A stretch of DNA of 64,000 nucleotides from an uncultured Verrucomicrobiae bacterium (GTDB taxonomy: Bacteria; Verrucomicrobiota; Verrucomicrobiia; Chthoniobacterales; JAFAMB01), in assembly GCA_963837955.1 (NCBI GenBank), contig CAWIPH010000002.1:3776001-3840000 (forward strand). The letters run 5' to 3'. This document shows positions 1-8,358 of the stretch, in pieces (the first letter of the stretch is position 1; every line of letters begins with the position of its first letter). Made by a program: the position numbers and the translations under genes. Under the pieces are notes generated by a model, which searched no databases, was not told the DNA's origin, and saw nothing but the letters and a program-made list of their open reading frames with translations.

Positions 1-1
1 A

Positions 2-760
2 ATGCGAGCGATCGAACGGGATCGTCAACGCCGCTTGTTGGAAAAAGACTTGGAATTAGCTACTGAGATTCAGCACTCCTTTCTCCCGGATCTGTTGCCA
101 TCCACTGAGCTTCTTGAATTTGCCGCGCATTACCGGCCGGCTCGCGACATCGCCGGCGACTTCTACGACGTCTTTGAAAGAAACGAAGGAGAATTCTATT
201 TCGTCCTCGGCGACGTCTCCGGAAAAGGAATTGCGGCTGCGTTGATGATGGCCCAAGCGCTGAGCATGCTCCGGTTCATTGTTCATCCCGGAATGTCGCC
301 GGCGGAAGCATTGCGCCGATGGAATGTCCGACTTTGCGATCGCACGATTCACGGAATGTTTATCACCGCCGTACTGGGAAGGATCTCCCCCCGGGACGGG
401 CACGTTGAATTTTCAGTAGCAGGTCACTTTGCTCCAATGCTGCGGCTCGGGTTGGGCCAAGTGGAAGAACCGCGGATCGAGGCATCCCCTCCGCTTGGCG
501 TAATCAGGGACATCTCATTTGGACTGAATCAGATCAAACTATTGCCAGGAAACCAGGCCGTCTTTTATACTGACGGCTTAATTGAGTCATTCAACATGTC
601 CCGAGAACCTTTTTCCCAGGACCGGATAAAAAAGGTGCTGGCTCAGCCATTGCATGGACCGCGACAGATTGTAGATGCTTTAGTTGCGGCAGAAGCTGAG
701 CACCGAGAAGACGCTGCACCTCACGACGACCTGACGATTCTGACAATCGGTCTGAGATGA
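2..760 (+). CDS. SpoIIE/RsbU-family PP2C serine phosphatase (probably 5'-truncated by window edge)
   Basis: Motifs 'IAGDFYD', 'GDVSGKG', 'YTDGL', 'HDDLT'; its stop overlaps the next gene (ATGA). Confidence 0.92.
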   Translation: MRAIERDRQRRLLEKDLELATEIQHSFLPDLLPSTELLEFAAHYRPARDIAGDFYDVFERNEGEFYFVLGDVSGKGIAAALMMAQALSMLRFIVHPGMSPAEALRRWNVRLCDRTIHGMFITAVLGRISPRDGHVEFSVAGHFAPMLRLGLGQVEEPRIEASPPLGVIRDISFGLNQIKLLPGNQAVFYTDGLIESFNMSREPFSQDRIKKVLAQPLHGPRQIVDALVAAEAEHREDAAPHDDLTILTIGLR

Positions 761-1194
761 AGAATAAGATCGAGTTTGCAAGCCACCCGGCTAACCTTTG
801 GTTGGTCCGGCACTGTGTTCGCCAATTCCTGCAAAATCGGACTTTTTCGACCCGAGAGATTGACCTGATGGTCTTAGGTGTCGACGAAGCGTGTTCCAAC
901 ATCATCCGGCACGCCTACCATCACGCCGAAGACCAGCTCATCTCACTCTCTTTAGAAACCATTAAAAGTAACGGCGTACGTTTTCGTATCCGGGACTATG
1001 GTGAACGTTTCGATGCCACCACGCCTCATGGCCGGCCACTTGATCAGGTGCGCCCAGGCGGTCTGGGTATTCATTTGATCCGACACGCTTTTGACCAAAT
1101 CGACTATCAGCAGAGGAGCCGCGGAACGCTGCTAGTACTAACAAAGCTGAAACCAGACAACACCGGATTCATCCCCGAGCTTGCTCCGAACTAG
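757..1194 (+). CDS. RsbW/SpoIIAB-like anti-sigma factor Ser kinase (HATPase_c_2)
   Basis: 'VDEACSNIIRHAY', 'IRDYG', 'GGLGIHLI'; coupled to the phosphatase. Confidence 0.9.
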   Translation: MKNKIEFASHPANLWLVRHCVRQFLQNRTFSTREIDLMVLGVDEACSNIIRHAYHHAEDQLISLSLETIKSNGVRFRIRDYGERFDATTPHGRPLDQVRPGGLGIHLIRHAFDQIDYQQRSRGTLLVLTKLKPDNTGFIPELAPN

Positions 1195-1265
1195 GGAGGT
1201 GAATCGGACGGGCCGTTGGTAGAACGCCCCTGATGGGCCTGTCGCGCCATAGCGGAGGCGGATTG

Positions 1266-1386
1266 AGATCTCACGCAAAGACGCCAAGACGCAAAGGTTT
1301 CAGATTAAGGAAGGAAGTCTGAGCAGAATGGGGTTGCGCGTGGGCCTTCCAATTCCTTTTCGTGAGGACATTCTCAAAAACGGCGC
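1266..1386. mobile_element. Truncated copy of ~185-bp MITE-like element (family M1)
   Basis: Starts AGATCTCACGCAAAGACGCCAAGACGCAAAGG and matches 17067-17240 and 17788-17971 until ...CTCAAAAACGGCGC; right terminal repeat missing. Confidence 0.85.
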
Positions 1387-1532
1387 AATGATCCAGCAAC
1401 ACTCGATCCAGCGAGCCAAAAGCTCATTTGGACGTTCGCGGAGTAAACCGGCCGCCGACCAGGAACAGATTTTCTTCTTGCCGAGTGGCCTCCTCGGGTC
1501 TTTCGGTAGGTGTTTGGTCTTGCTCTCCCTTC

Positions 1533-2234
1533 ATGAAAGTCGCTCATAAGCTCTCCAAACTCACTGATGGCTCGGCCTTGGTCAGCGCTGGCAATGCTTA
1601 TCATCGTTGGCGCCATCCGATCAGCCCGGAGAAGATCTTCGAGCAAATCGACCAGGCCGGCCTTGAACGGATCCGAGCCAAATACGTCGTACCCGGCGAG
1701 AAGACACACTGGCCCAAGTACCTGGATGCGCCCCGGTGGATCCGGCTCAACATCCGGCGTGCTCAGGACCTCCGCCTGAAGCTCCGGCCAAGGCCACTAC
1801 GTATTCTAGATCTTGGGAGCGGGGCAGGATATTTCCTGCTCGTTGCCAAACACCTTGGCCATTCCGGAATCGGTTTGGACATCGCCGATCCCGCAATGTA
1901 CGGGGAAATGTTCGAGCTTTTTGGGATCCAGCGGGTGATCTGGGAGATTAACGCTTATCAGCGGCTGCCGGACCTTGGCGAAAGGTTCGATTTAGTCACG
2001 GCGTTTTCTATTTGTTTCAACGGTCATAAGCGTTCCAATCTGTGGGGTCCGACAGAATGGGAATTTTTTTTAGATGATCTCAAAACCCGTTTTCTTCGGC
2101 CAGGTGGTGAGATCTTTTTGGGTATGAACCCGGAGGCGGATGAGTCGTACTATGATTCTCAGCTGAAGCAGTTCTTTTTGAACCGCGGGGCGCGAATTGA
2201 CCGTGCCAAAGTCTGGTTTCGCCAAGTAACCTGA
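1533..2234 (+). CDS. Class I SAM-dependent methyltransferase
   Basis: 'RILDLGSGAG' motif I and 'FDLVTAF'; ATG at 1533 preferred to the upstream start in the ORF track. Confidence 0.8.
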   Translation: MKVAHKLSKLTDGSALVSAGNAYHRWRHPISPEKIFEQIDQAGLERIRAKYVVPGEKTHWPKYLDAPRWIRLNIRRAQDLRLKLRPRPLRILDLGSGAGYFLLVAKHLGHSGIGLDIADPAMYGEMFELFGIQRVIWEINAYQRLPDLGERFDLVTAFSICFNGHKRSNLWGPTEWEFFLDDLKTRFLRPGGEIFLGMNPEADESYYDSQLKQFFLNRGARIDRAKVWFRQVT

Positions 2235-2353
2235 TGCTCCGCCTCAGGAATGTAGCCTGATGCTCTGCCTCAGGAATGTAGCCTGATGCTCTGCCTCAGG
2301 AACGTAGCCTGATGCTCCGTCAGGAATGTAGCCTGATGCTCTGCCTCAGGAAC
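2226..2353 (+). repeat. Five tandem GTAG-type REPs (family R1)
   Basis: Units at 2226, 2252, 2278, 2304, 2328: GTAG-CCTGA-TGCTCTGCC-TCAGG-AA(T/C), 24-26 nt, no spacers. Confidence 0.92.
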
Positions 2354-2447
2354 CCAGGGCGCGCGCCAATCTCCGAAACAGAGTATCGGACTACTGAACT
2401 CTAGGCTTGAGTACCAGGCACAAACGTTTCTTTAATGGAGAGTTCCC

Positions 2448-3824
2448 ATGCGTGCGCGTGCCAAGATCCTCATTTGCGATGATCAACCCGAGATCCTCAG
2501 CGCGATCACCTTGGTTTGCTCAGCGGAGGGAATGCAGTGTGCCACCGTCAATTCGCCTGACGCGGTTCTGCCCAAACTCGCGGAAGAAGAGTTCGATCTT
2601 CTGCTCATGGACATGAACTACCACCAGGAGCGAACTGGCGGGCAAGAAGGTTTGAATTTGCTCCGCGCGGTCCATCAGAATGACCCCTCGCTACCCATTG
2701 TCGTAATGACCGCGTGGGGATCAATTCCACTCGCTGTCCAAGCGGTCCAGCTCGGCGCCAAAGATTTTCTTCAAAAACCGTGGGAAAACGAGCGGCTACT
2801 CTCCATCCTTCGCAATCAAATCGAACTGCGCGAGGCGTTGAGGGGAAAAGAACGCCTTGAGGCGGAGAACTCAGTCTTGCGGAGCGCCCAAGCTTCGACC
2901 AGCGAGTTTGTTACGCTTTCGCCCGGTATGCAGGAGGTGAGACGGATCATTGAGCAGGTGGCCCCTTCCGACGCGAACGTCCTCATCACCGGGGAAAACG
3001 GCACAGGTAAGGGCGTCGTAGCCCGCATGCTGCATCAACTCTCAAGCCGTGCGCAACCACCCTTGATCAGCGTAAATATGGGCGGGATACCGGAAACATT
3101 ATTTGAGAGTGAGATGTTCGGGCACGTCAAAGGCGCATTCACCGACGCTCGGGCGGATAGGGCAGGTCGTTTCGAGTTAGCGGACGGCGGCACCCTCTTT
3201 TTGGATGAAATTGCAAATCTAACCGGCTCGCAGCAGGCCAAGATCCTACGCGTTCTGGAGACGGGAGAGTTTGAGCGGGTCGGATCTTCCAAGACCAAAA
3301 GAGCGGATGTGCGGATACTCAGCGCCACGAATTCCGATCTGCTGGCGGAAATCGACTCGGGGAGATTTAGAGAGGATCTCTATTTCCGGCTGAACACTAT
3401 CCAGATCCATCTTCCGCCGTTGCGCGATCGAGTGGACGACATCCCGGCGCTGGTCCGATTTTTCCTTGGCGAGCTGACCGCGCGTTACCGGAAGAAGGAT
3501 TTTGAAGTTACTCCGGAGGCCTTACAAGCGCTGTGCAGGTATCCCTGGCCAGGAAATATTCGAGAGCTACGCCACGTGATAGAGCGGGCCGTTTTGCTGG
3601 CTCGATCCCCCGCTATCCAACCTAGCGATCTCGGACTGCAGGTTGCTGCGACTCGCGCAAATGTTTTGGAAGAGATGGACTTGGAGGCAATGGAAGCTCA
3701 TCTAATCAAAAAAGCGCTCGACCGGCACAATGGGAACGCGGTCAATGCCGCGAAGGCACTGGGATTAAGCCGAAGCGCATTCTATCGACGCCTGCAAAAA
3801 TACCAAATCCCCACCACGGATTGA
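2448..3824 (+). CDS. Sigma-54-dependent response regulator (NtrC family: REC-AAA+-Fis HTH)
   Basis: 'ILICDD', 'LLMDMN', 'GENGTGK', 'ESEMFGHVKGAFTDA', 'LFLDEI', 'WPGNIREL', C-terminal HTH. Confidence 0.95.
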   Translation: MRARAKILICDDQPEILSAITLVCSAEGMQCATVNSPDAVLPKLAEEEFDLLLMDMNYHQERTGGQEGLNLLRAVHQNDPSLPIVVMTAWGSIPLAVQAVQLGAKDFLQKPWENERLLSILRNQIELREALRGKERLEAENSVLRSAQASTSEFVTLSPGMQEVRRIIEQVAPSDANVLITGENGTGKGVVARMLHQLSSRAQPPLISVNMGGIPETLFESEMFGHVKGAFTDARADRAGRFELADGGTLFLDEIANLTGSQQAKILRVLETGEFERVGSSKTKRADVRILSATNSDLLAEIDSGRFREDLYFRLNTIQIHLPPLRDRVDDIPALVRFFLGELTARYRKKDFEVTPEALQALCRYPWPGNIRELRHVIERAVLLARSPAIQPSDLGLQVAATRANVLEEMDLEAMEAHLIKKALDRHNGNAVNAAKALGLSRSAFYRRLQKYQIPTTD

Positions 3825-3945
3825 AAGAGTACGAGCCAGCTCCGTCGCTGTTGCCGGAAAGCCCCTTCATGGGTGCCTTCCGATTAGTGATTAGTAGCGC
3901 CAGTGCTTCTGGACGTTGCGGAAGAATCTGTTATTCTGTTTCGGC

Positions 3946-4221
3946 GTGACCACGGATCCTCTCCTTCCTCTTGATCCGGATGACCAGCGAATCGATTTGG
4001 CTCAAATCGCCGAAATAGCGGCGAGCTTTCGCGAGTCGAAACATTATCTTTTGAATTCGATAGCCATTTGGACGGTTCAAGCGGAGCTGGCGAAGAGGGA
4101 TTCCGCATATTATCGCAAATTGGCTGAATCGATTCTCGAGCGCTCGGAGAGATTGGTTGATTTAGTCCGGGATACGGAAAACAAGCTACGCGTGGTATCA
4201 CCCCATGCTGTTTTGCAGTAG
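3946..4221 (+). CDS. Small helical protein resembling a stand-alone HisKA/DHp domain
   Basis: 'FRESKHYLLNSIAIWTVQAELAKR' looks like an H-box helix followed by a second helix; GTG 3946 or TTG 3916 start. Confidence 0.5.
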   Translation: MTTDPLLPLDPDDQRIDLAQIAEIAASFRESKHYLLNSIAIWTVQAELAKRDSAYYRKLAESILERSERLVDLVRDTENKLRVVSPHAVLQ

Positions 4222-4228
4222 GTCCGTC

Positions 4229-4340
4229 GTAGCCTGAGCCTCCTGGCTCCGGAACTCATGGGGCGTCTAGTAGACTGATGCTCCAGCCTCAGGAACGCCA
4301 TTGGTCCGTCGTAGCCTGATCCTCCTGGCTCAGGAACTCA
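4229..4340 (+). repeat. Three R1 REPs upstream of the RAYT
   Basis: GTAGCCTGAGCCTCCTGGCTCCGGAA (4229), GTAGACTGATGCTCCAGCCTCAGGAA (4270), GTAGCCTGATCCTCCTGGCTCAGGAA (4311). Confidence 0.9.
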
Positions 4341-4495
4341 TAGCGTTGTGCCACGGGCCCGCCGTATTAACTATAAATTCGGCGCGTTGCTGCTGAGCCA
4401 AAATCACCGGCCGTTCGCAGGGCCACAGCTGTAGTATCGTTTCTTGACAGAATATTATAACTGTATTTTTTTACGTTACTATTTGTAACCAGAAA

Positions 4496-4590
4496 ATAAC
4501 CCTGATCCTGCTAGTCTAGGAGCTCATCGTACGGGTATAGGCTCGGCAGTTTTTGCGTCCTGGATCCCCGAGGCTGGAGCATCAGGCTAC
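4496..4590. repeat. Inverted R1 REP pair immediately 5' of the RAYT
   Basis: Degenerate forward copy at ~4496-4527; reverse copy TCCCCGAGGCTGGAGCATCAGGCTAC at 4565-4590. Confidence 0.75.
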
Positions 4591-4613
4591 TCTTGGCAGA
4601 GGCGGCATAACTG

Positions 4614-5204
4614 ATGATTTTTATGAAATTCTTCAATCCCGAGGAAAATGTAACAAAATATCGAGGAGTTCTTCCCCATTGGCGGCAGGCTGGGGTCACC
4701 TATTTTGTTACTTTCCGTCAGGTTGATTCCTTACCAGTTGGCAAGTTAGAGGCTTTGCAGGAGGAAAGATGCATTTGGAGACAAATGAACCCCGGTCCGT
4801 TGTCCCACGCTCAGAAAAGAGAGTATGCCGCTCGCTTTTCGGGCAAAATCCACGATTGGCTCGACGCCGGTTACGGCAAATGTTTTTTGGGCAAACCAGA
4901 AGTGCAGAAAATGATGGTGAGCACGCTCGGATATTTTTCGGGTAAGCGTTATGAACTCGGGGAATTCGTCATCATGCCGAATCACGTCCATTTACTGGTA
5001 ACTCCCATAAACGATTCCCGGTTAGAGCAAGTTCTTCGATCATGGAAATCATTTTCGGCGAGGCGCATAAACGAGATGTGTGGGTTATCGGGGCCGGTTT
5101 GGCATCGCGAGTCGTTCGACCATATCGTACGAAGTGAAGAGCAGCTGCAGCGTATCGAGCAATACATTCGGGATAATCCCAAGAAAACGGGAGCGACAAA
5201 GTAG
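4614..5204 (+). CDS. rayT: REP-associated tyrosine transposase (RAYT/TnpA-REP; HUH Y1, IS200/IS605 superfamily)
   Basis: 'LPHW..YFVTFR', HUH motif 'IMPNHVHLLV', 'WKSFSA', 'W..ESFDHIVR', catalytic Tyr in 'YIRDNP'; flanked on both sides by GTAG REPs. Confidence 0.93.
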   Translation: MIFMKFFNPEENVTKYRGVLPHWRQAGVTYFVTFRQVDSLPVGKLEALQEERCIWRQMNPGPLSHAQKREYAARFSGKIHDWLDAGYGKCFLGKPEVQKMMVSTLGYFSGKRYELGEFVIMPNHVHLLVTPINDSRLEQVLRSWKSFSARRINEMCGLSGPVWHRESFDHIVRSEEQLQRIEQYIRDNPKKTGATK

Positions 5205-5403
5205 CCTGAAGACTCTGGCTCGCTGAGGCCGTAGAATTAGGCTCTTCTTGACGGCTTGGGTTTCCTGAGGCTGGAGCATCAGGCTACTGAGGCGTTGTCG
5301 CTCTCGATGCCCTGAGCCTGGAGGATCAGGCTACGACGCGCTTGGAGGATCGGCTACAGACGCATTGTCTCTCTCCGATTCCTGAGGCCGAGCATCGGGC
5401 TAC
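5201..5403. repeat. R1 REP cluster 3' of the RAYT
   Basis: Degenerate forward copy at 5201 (its TAG is the RAYT stop); reverse copies at 5262-5287, 5311-5334, 5343-5357 (partial) and 5379-5403. Confidence 0.9.
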
Positions 5404-5466
5404 ACCAAAACGACTAGTCGGGCGTCCGTTCTTGTGCTTTGGTGCTAGTTTACTCGTTTTGACCAA

Positions 5467-8358
5467 ATGGCTGCGGAGAAGATTCGCATTGTAGGTGCGC
5501 GCCAACATAATCTTAAAGGGATAGACGTCGAAATTCCGCGCGAAAAATTGGTGGTAATCACCGGAATGAGCGGATCCGGCAAGTCTTCTCTCGCGTTCGA
5601 TACGCTTTATGCGGAGGGGCAACGCCGTTACGTAGAAAGCCTCTCTGCCTACGCTCGACAGTTCCTCGACAAGATGGAGAAGCCGGACGTCGATTTCATC
5701 GAAGGCCTGTCTCCGTCCATCGCAATCGAACAACGCAGCTCGATCGCTAATCCTCGTTCGACTATCGCGACCACGACCGAAATTTACGACTATCTGCGCA
5801 TTTTGTTCTCTGCGATCGGACAACCGCACGACCCGGCTACCGGCGAAAAGGTCTTCAAACAAACGCCGCAGCAAATCGTCGACCAAATCCTCTCTTACCC
5901 AGAAGAGACCAAGATCCTCGTAATCGCGCCGGTGATACGCCAGGAGCAAGGAGAGTTCCGCGACGTACTCGAAAAGATCAAACGAGAAGGATTTGTCCGA
6001 GTGCGGATCGACGGAAACATCCTTGAATTAGCGCGGCCCGAACCGATCCGGCTGACGAAAAATGCCCGACATACGATTGAAGTCGTCGTTGATCGCTTGA
6101 TCGTGCGAGATGGGGTCCGCACTCGACTGGCTGACTCCCTGGATACAGCCTTACGATGGGGAAACAACCGCATCATCATTAGCCGGCAGATCTCCGAAGA
6201 CGATCCCTGGGAAGACATCCCCTACTCGACCGAGTTTTGTAACCCAAGAACCGACTTTCTACTGCCGGAGCTGACGCCCAAGCATTTTTCGTTCAATAGC
6301 CTGGCGGGAGCTTGCCCCACCTGCCAAGGTCTAGGCAGCGTGAGTTTCTTTGATCCGGAATTAGTCATACCGGATCAATCCCGCTCACTTGCCGATGGCG
6401 CCATCGCGCCCTGGCGGAAAGCGACTTCCAGGATTCAAGCTTACCGGCGAGCGCTTTTAGAATCCCTCGTTACGAGCTTCGGCGGAGACCTCCAGACTCC
6501 ATTCGCGGATCTGCCCAAGAATTGTCGAGAAGCAATTCTTTACGGGTCGGGCGACCGAGCAATTTCCTTCCAGTTTGGCTCGAAACCAATCGAGAAAACG
6601 TTCGAGGGCGTCCTGGCTCAGTTAGAACAGCTTTACGAGCAAACTGAGAGCGAATTTACACGATCGCGTTTGAAAGCGTTTCAAGGACGGCGGCTTTGCC
6701 TAGCGTGCCGAGGTGCTCGCCTTCGGCCAGAGATCCTTGCCGTCACCATCCAGGAGAACTCTGGTCGCGAGGTGAATATTCATGACTACTGTCTGTTAAC
6801 CATCGATGAGGCTAAGCGTTTCCTCGAAAATATCTCAGTCTCGAAACATCAGAAGATCGTGGCGGCAGAAGTCCTGCGCGAGATCTGGAACCGAATACGT
6901 TTTCTCGAAGAGGTGGGTCTCGGTTATCTCACGCTAAATCGCGAGAGTGGAACACTTTCCGGCGGAGAGGCTCAACGTATTCGACTCGGCACCCAGATCG
7001 GCTCCGGACTCGCTGGAGTACTTTACGTGTTGGACGAGCCGAGCATCGGACTCCACCAGCGAGACAACGACCGGCTAATTCAAACGCTGAAACACCTGCG
7101 CGATCTGGGGAATACGGTAATCGTAGTAGAACATGACGAAGATACCATCCGCGCTGCCGACTACATTATCGATCTCGGTCCTGGTGCCGGCCCACGCGGA
7201 GGACAAATCGTCGCTGCCGGCGACATCGCCGCAATCGAGGCAAATTCGGATTCTCTGACCGGTCAGTACCTCGCTCGGGCGCTCCGTATTCCAATTCCGC
7301 GCGAACGCATAAAACCTCGCGGGACATTGTACAACGGTGGTATCCCTCCGGATCCCGGAACAGAAGGATGGCTGACTGTCGTCGGCGCGAAGGAAAATAA
7401 CCTGCGGAACTTGAGTGTTTCATTTCCTCTCGGTTGCCTGGTATGCGTGACGGGTGTGTCAGGCAGCGGCAAATCGACGCTGGTCGACGACATCTTGCGA
7501 AAAGCGTTGTTTCGTCATTTCTATCGGTCGAAGGACCGGCCGGGGAACCATGACCGGCTGATCGGTTTGGATCAGGTTGATAAGGCCATCGTCATTGATC
7601 AGAGTCCAATCGGTCGCACTCCTCGTTCCAATGCGGCTACCTATTCCGGGGCCTTCGGTCCGATTCGAGATCTATTTAGTCAGCTTCCCGCCTCTCGGGT
7701 GCGCGGATACGAGAGTGGCCGCTTCAGCTTTAATCTTAAAGGCGGCCGGTGCGAGAATTGTCAAGGCGATGGGGTCATTAGAATCGAGATGCATTTTCTC
7801 GCTGACGTCTACGTCGAGTGCGAGGTCTGCCGCGGATCGCGTTATAATCGGGAGACGCTGGAGATCACCTATCGGGGAAAGAATATCGCCGACATCCTGG
7901 CCATGTCGGTCGATGAAGCAGCGCGTTTCTTTCGGAATGTACCTGCGATCTACGACCGTCTGGAACCGTTGGTGAATGTTGGTTTAGCTTACCTGACCCT
8001 GGGTCAATCCGGAACCCAATTGTCCGGAGGCGAAGCGCAGAGGGTCAAACTGGCAGCCGAACTTGCGAAGAAAGCGACCGGACGCACTGTCTACATTCTC
8101 GACGAACCAACAACTGGTCTCCATTTCGCCGACATTCGCCAACTCCTCGAAGTACTGCTGAAGCTGCGAGACCAGGGGAACACGCTTATCGTCATTGAGC
8201 ATAATCTGGAAGTAATCAAGAGTGCAGATTGGATCATCGATCTCGGACCGGAAGGTGGAGTCAACGGAGGTTGGATCGTTGCTCAAGGGACGCCCGAAAA
8301 AGTCGGGGAGACCGCGACGAGCCATACGGGGCGCTATCTCCGAAAGCTGTTAACATGA
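5467..8358 (+). CDS. uvrA: Excinuclease ABC subunit A
   Basis: 'GARQHNLK', two Walker A motifs (GSGKSS, GSGKST), two 'LSGGEAQR', Zn-finger CxxC pairs; 963 aa. Confidence 0.99.
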   Translation: MAAEKIRIVGARQHNLKGIDVEIPREKLVVITGMSGSGKSSLAFDTLYAEGQRRYVESLSAYARQFLDKMEKPDVDFIEGLSPSIAIEQRSSIANPRSTIATTTEIYDYLRILFSAIGQPHDPATGEKVFKQTPQQIVDQILSYPEETKILVIAPVIRQEQGEFRDVLEKIKREGFVRVRIDGNILELARPEPIRLTKNARHTIEVVVDRLIVRDGVRTRLADSLDTALRWGNNRIIISRQISEDDPWEDIPYSTEFCNPRTDFLLPELTPKHFSFNSLAGACPTCQGLGSVSFFDPELVIPDQSRSLADGAIAPWRKATSRIQAYRRALLESLVTSFGGDLQTPFADLPKNCREAILYGSGDRAISFQFGSKPIEKTFEGVLAQLEQLYEQTESEFTRSRLKAFQGRRLCLACRGARLRPEILAVTIQENSGREVNIHDYCLLTIDEAKRFLENISVSKHQKIVAAEVLREIWNRIRFLEEVGLGYLTLNRESGTLSGGEAQRIRLGTQIGSGLAGVLYVLDEPSIGLHQRDNDRLIQTLKHLRDLGNTVIVVEHDEDTIRAADYIIDLGPGAGPRGGQIVAAGDIAAIEANSDSLTGQYLARALRIPIPRERIKPRGTLYNGGIPPDPGTEGWLTVVGAKENNLRNLSVSFPLGCLVCVTGVSGSGKSTLVDDILRKALFRHFYRSKDRPGNHDRLIGLDQVDKAIVIDQSPIGRTPRSNAATYSGAFGPIRDLFSQLPASRVRGYESGRFSFNLKGGRCENCQGDGVIRIEMHFLADVYVECEVCRGSRYNRETLEITYRGKNIADILAMSVDEAARFFRNVPAIYDRLEPLVNVGLAYLTLGQSGTQLSGGEAQRVKLAAELAKKATGRTVYILDEPTTGLHFADIRQLLEVLLKLRDQGNTLIVIEHNLEVIKSADWIIDLGPEGGVNGGWIVAQGTPEKVGETATSHTGRYLRKLLT

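Noticed and set aside
2226..2353. CRISPR-like array of 26-nt palindromic repeats
   Set aside because: Repeats are directly adjacent with no spacers, there are no cas genes, and the sequence matches the REPs around the RAYT.
4444..4490. Sigma-70 promoter or SOS box for the RAYT
   Set aside because: TTGACA has no -10 at 16-18 nt spacing; GTTAC-N5-GTAAC (4475-4489) is too short to assign.
5326..5949. 207-aa antisense ORF over uvrA and similar shadow ORFs (21218-21760, 41943-42698, 62117-62677)
   Set aside because: They lie mostly or wholly opposite well-supported genes and have no recognisable motifs.
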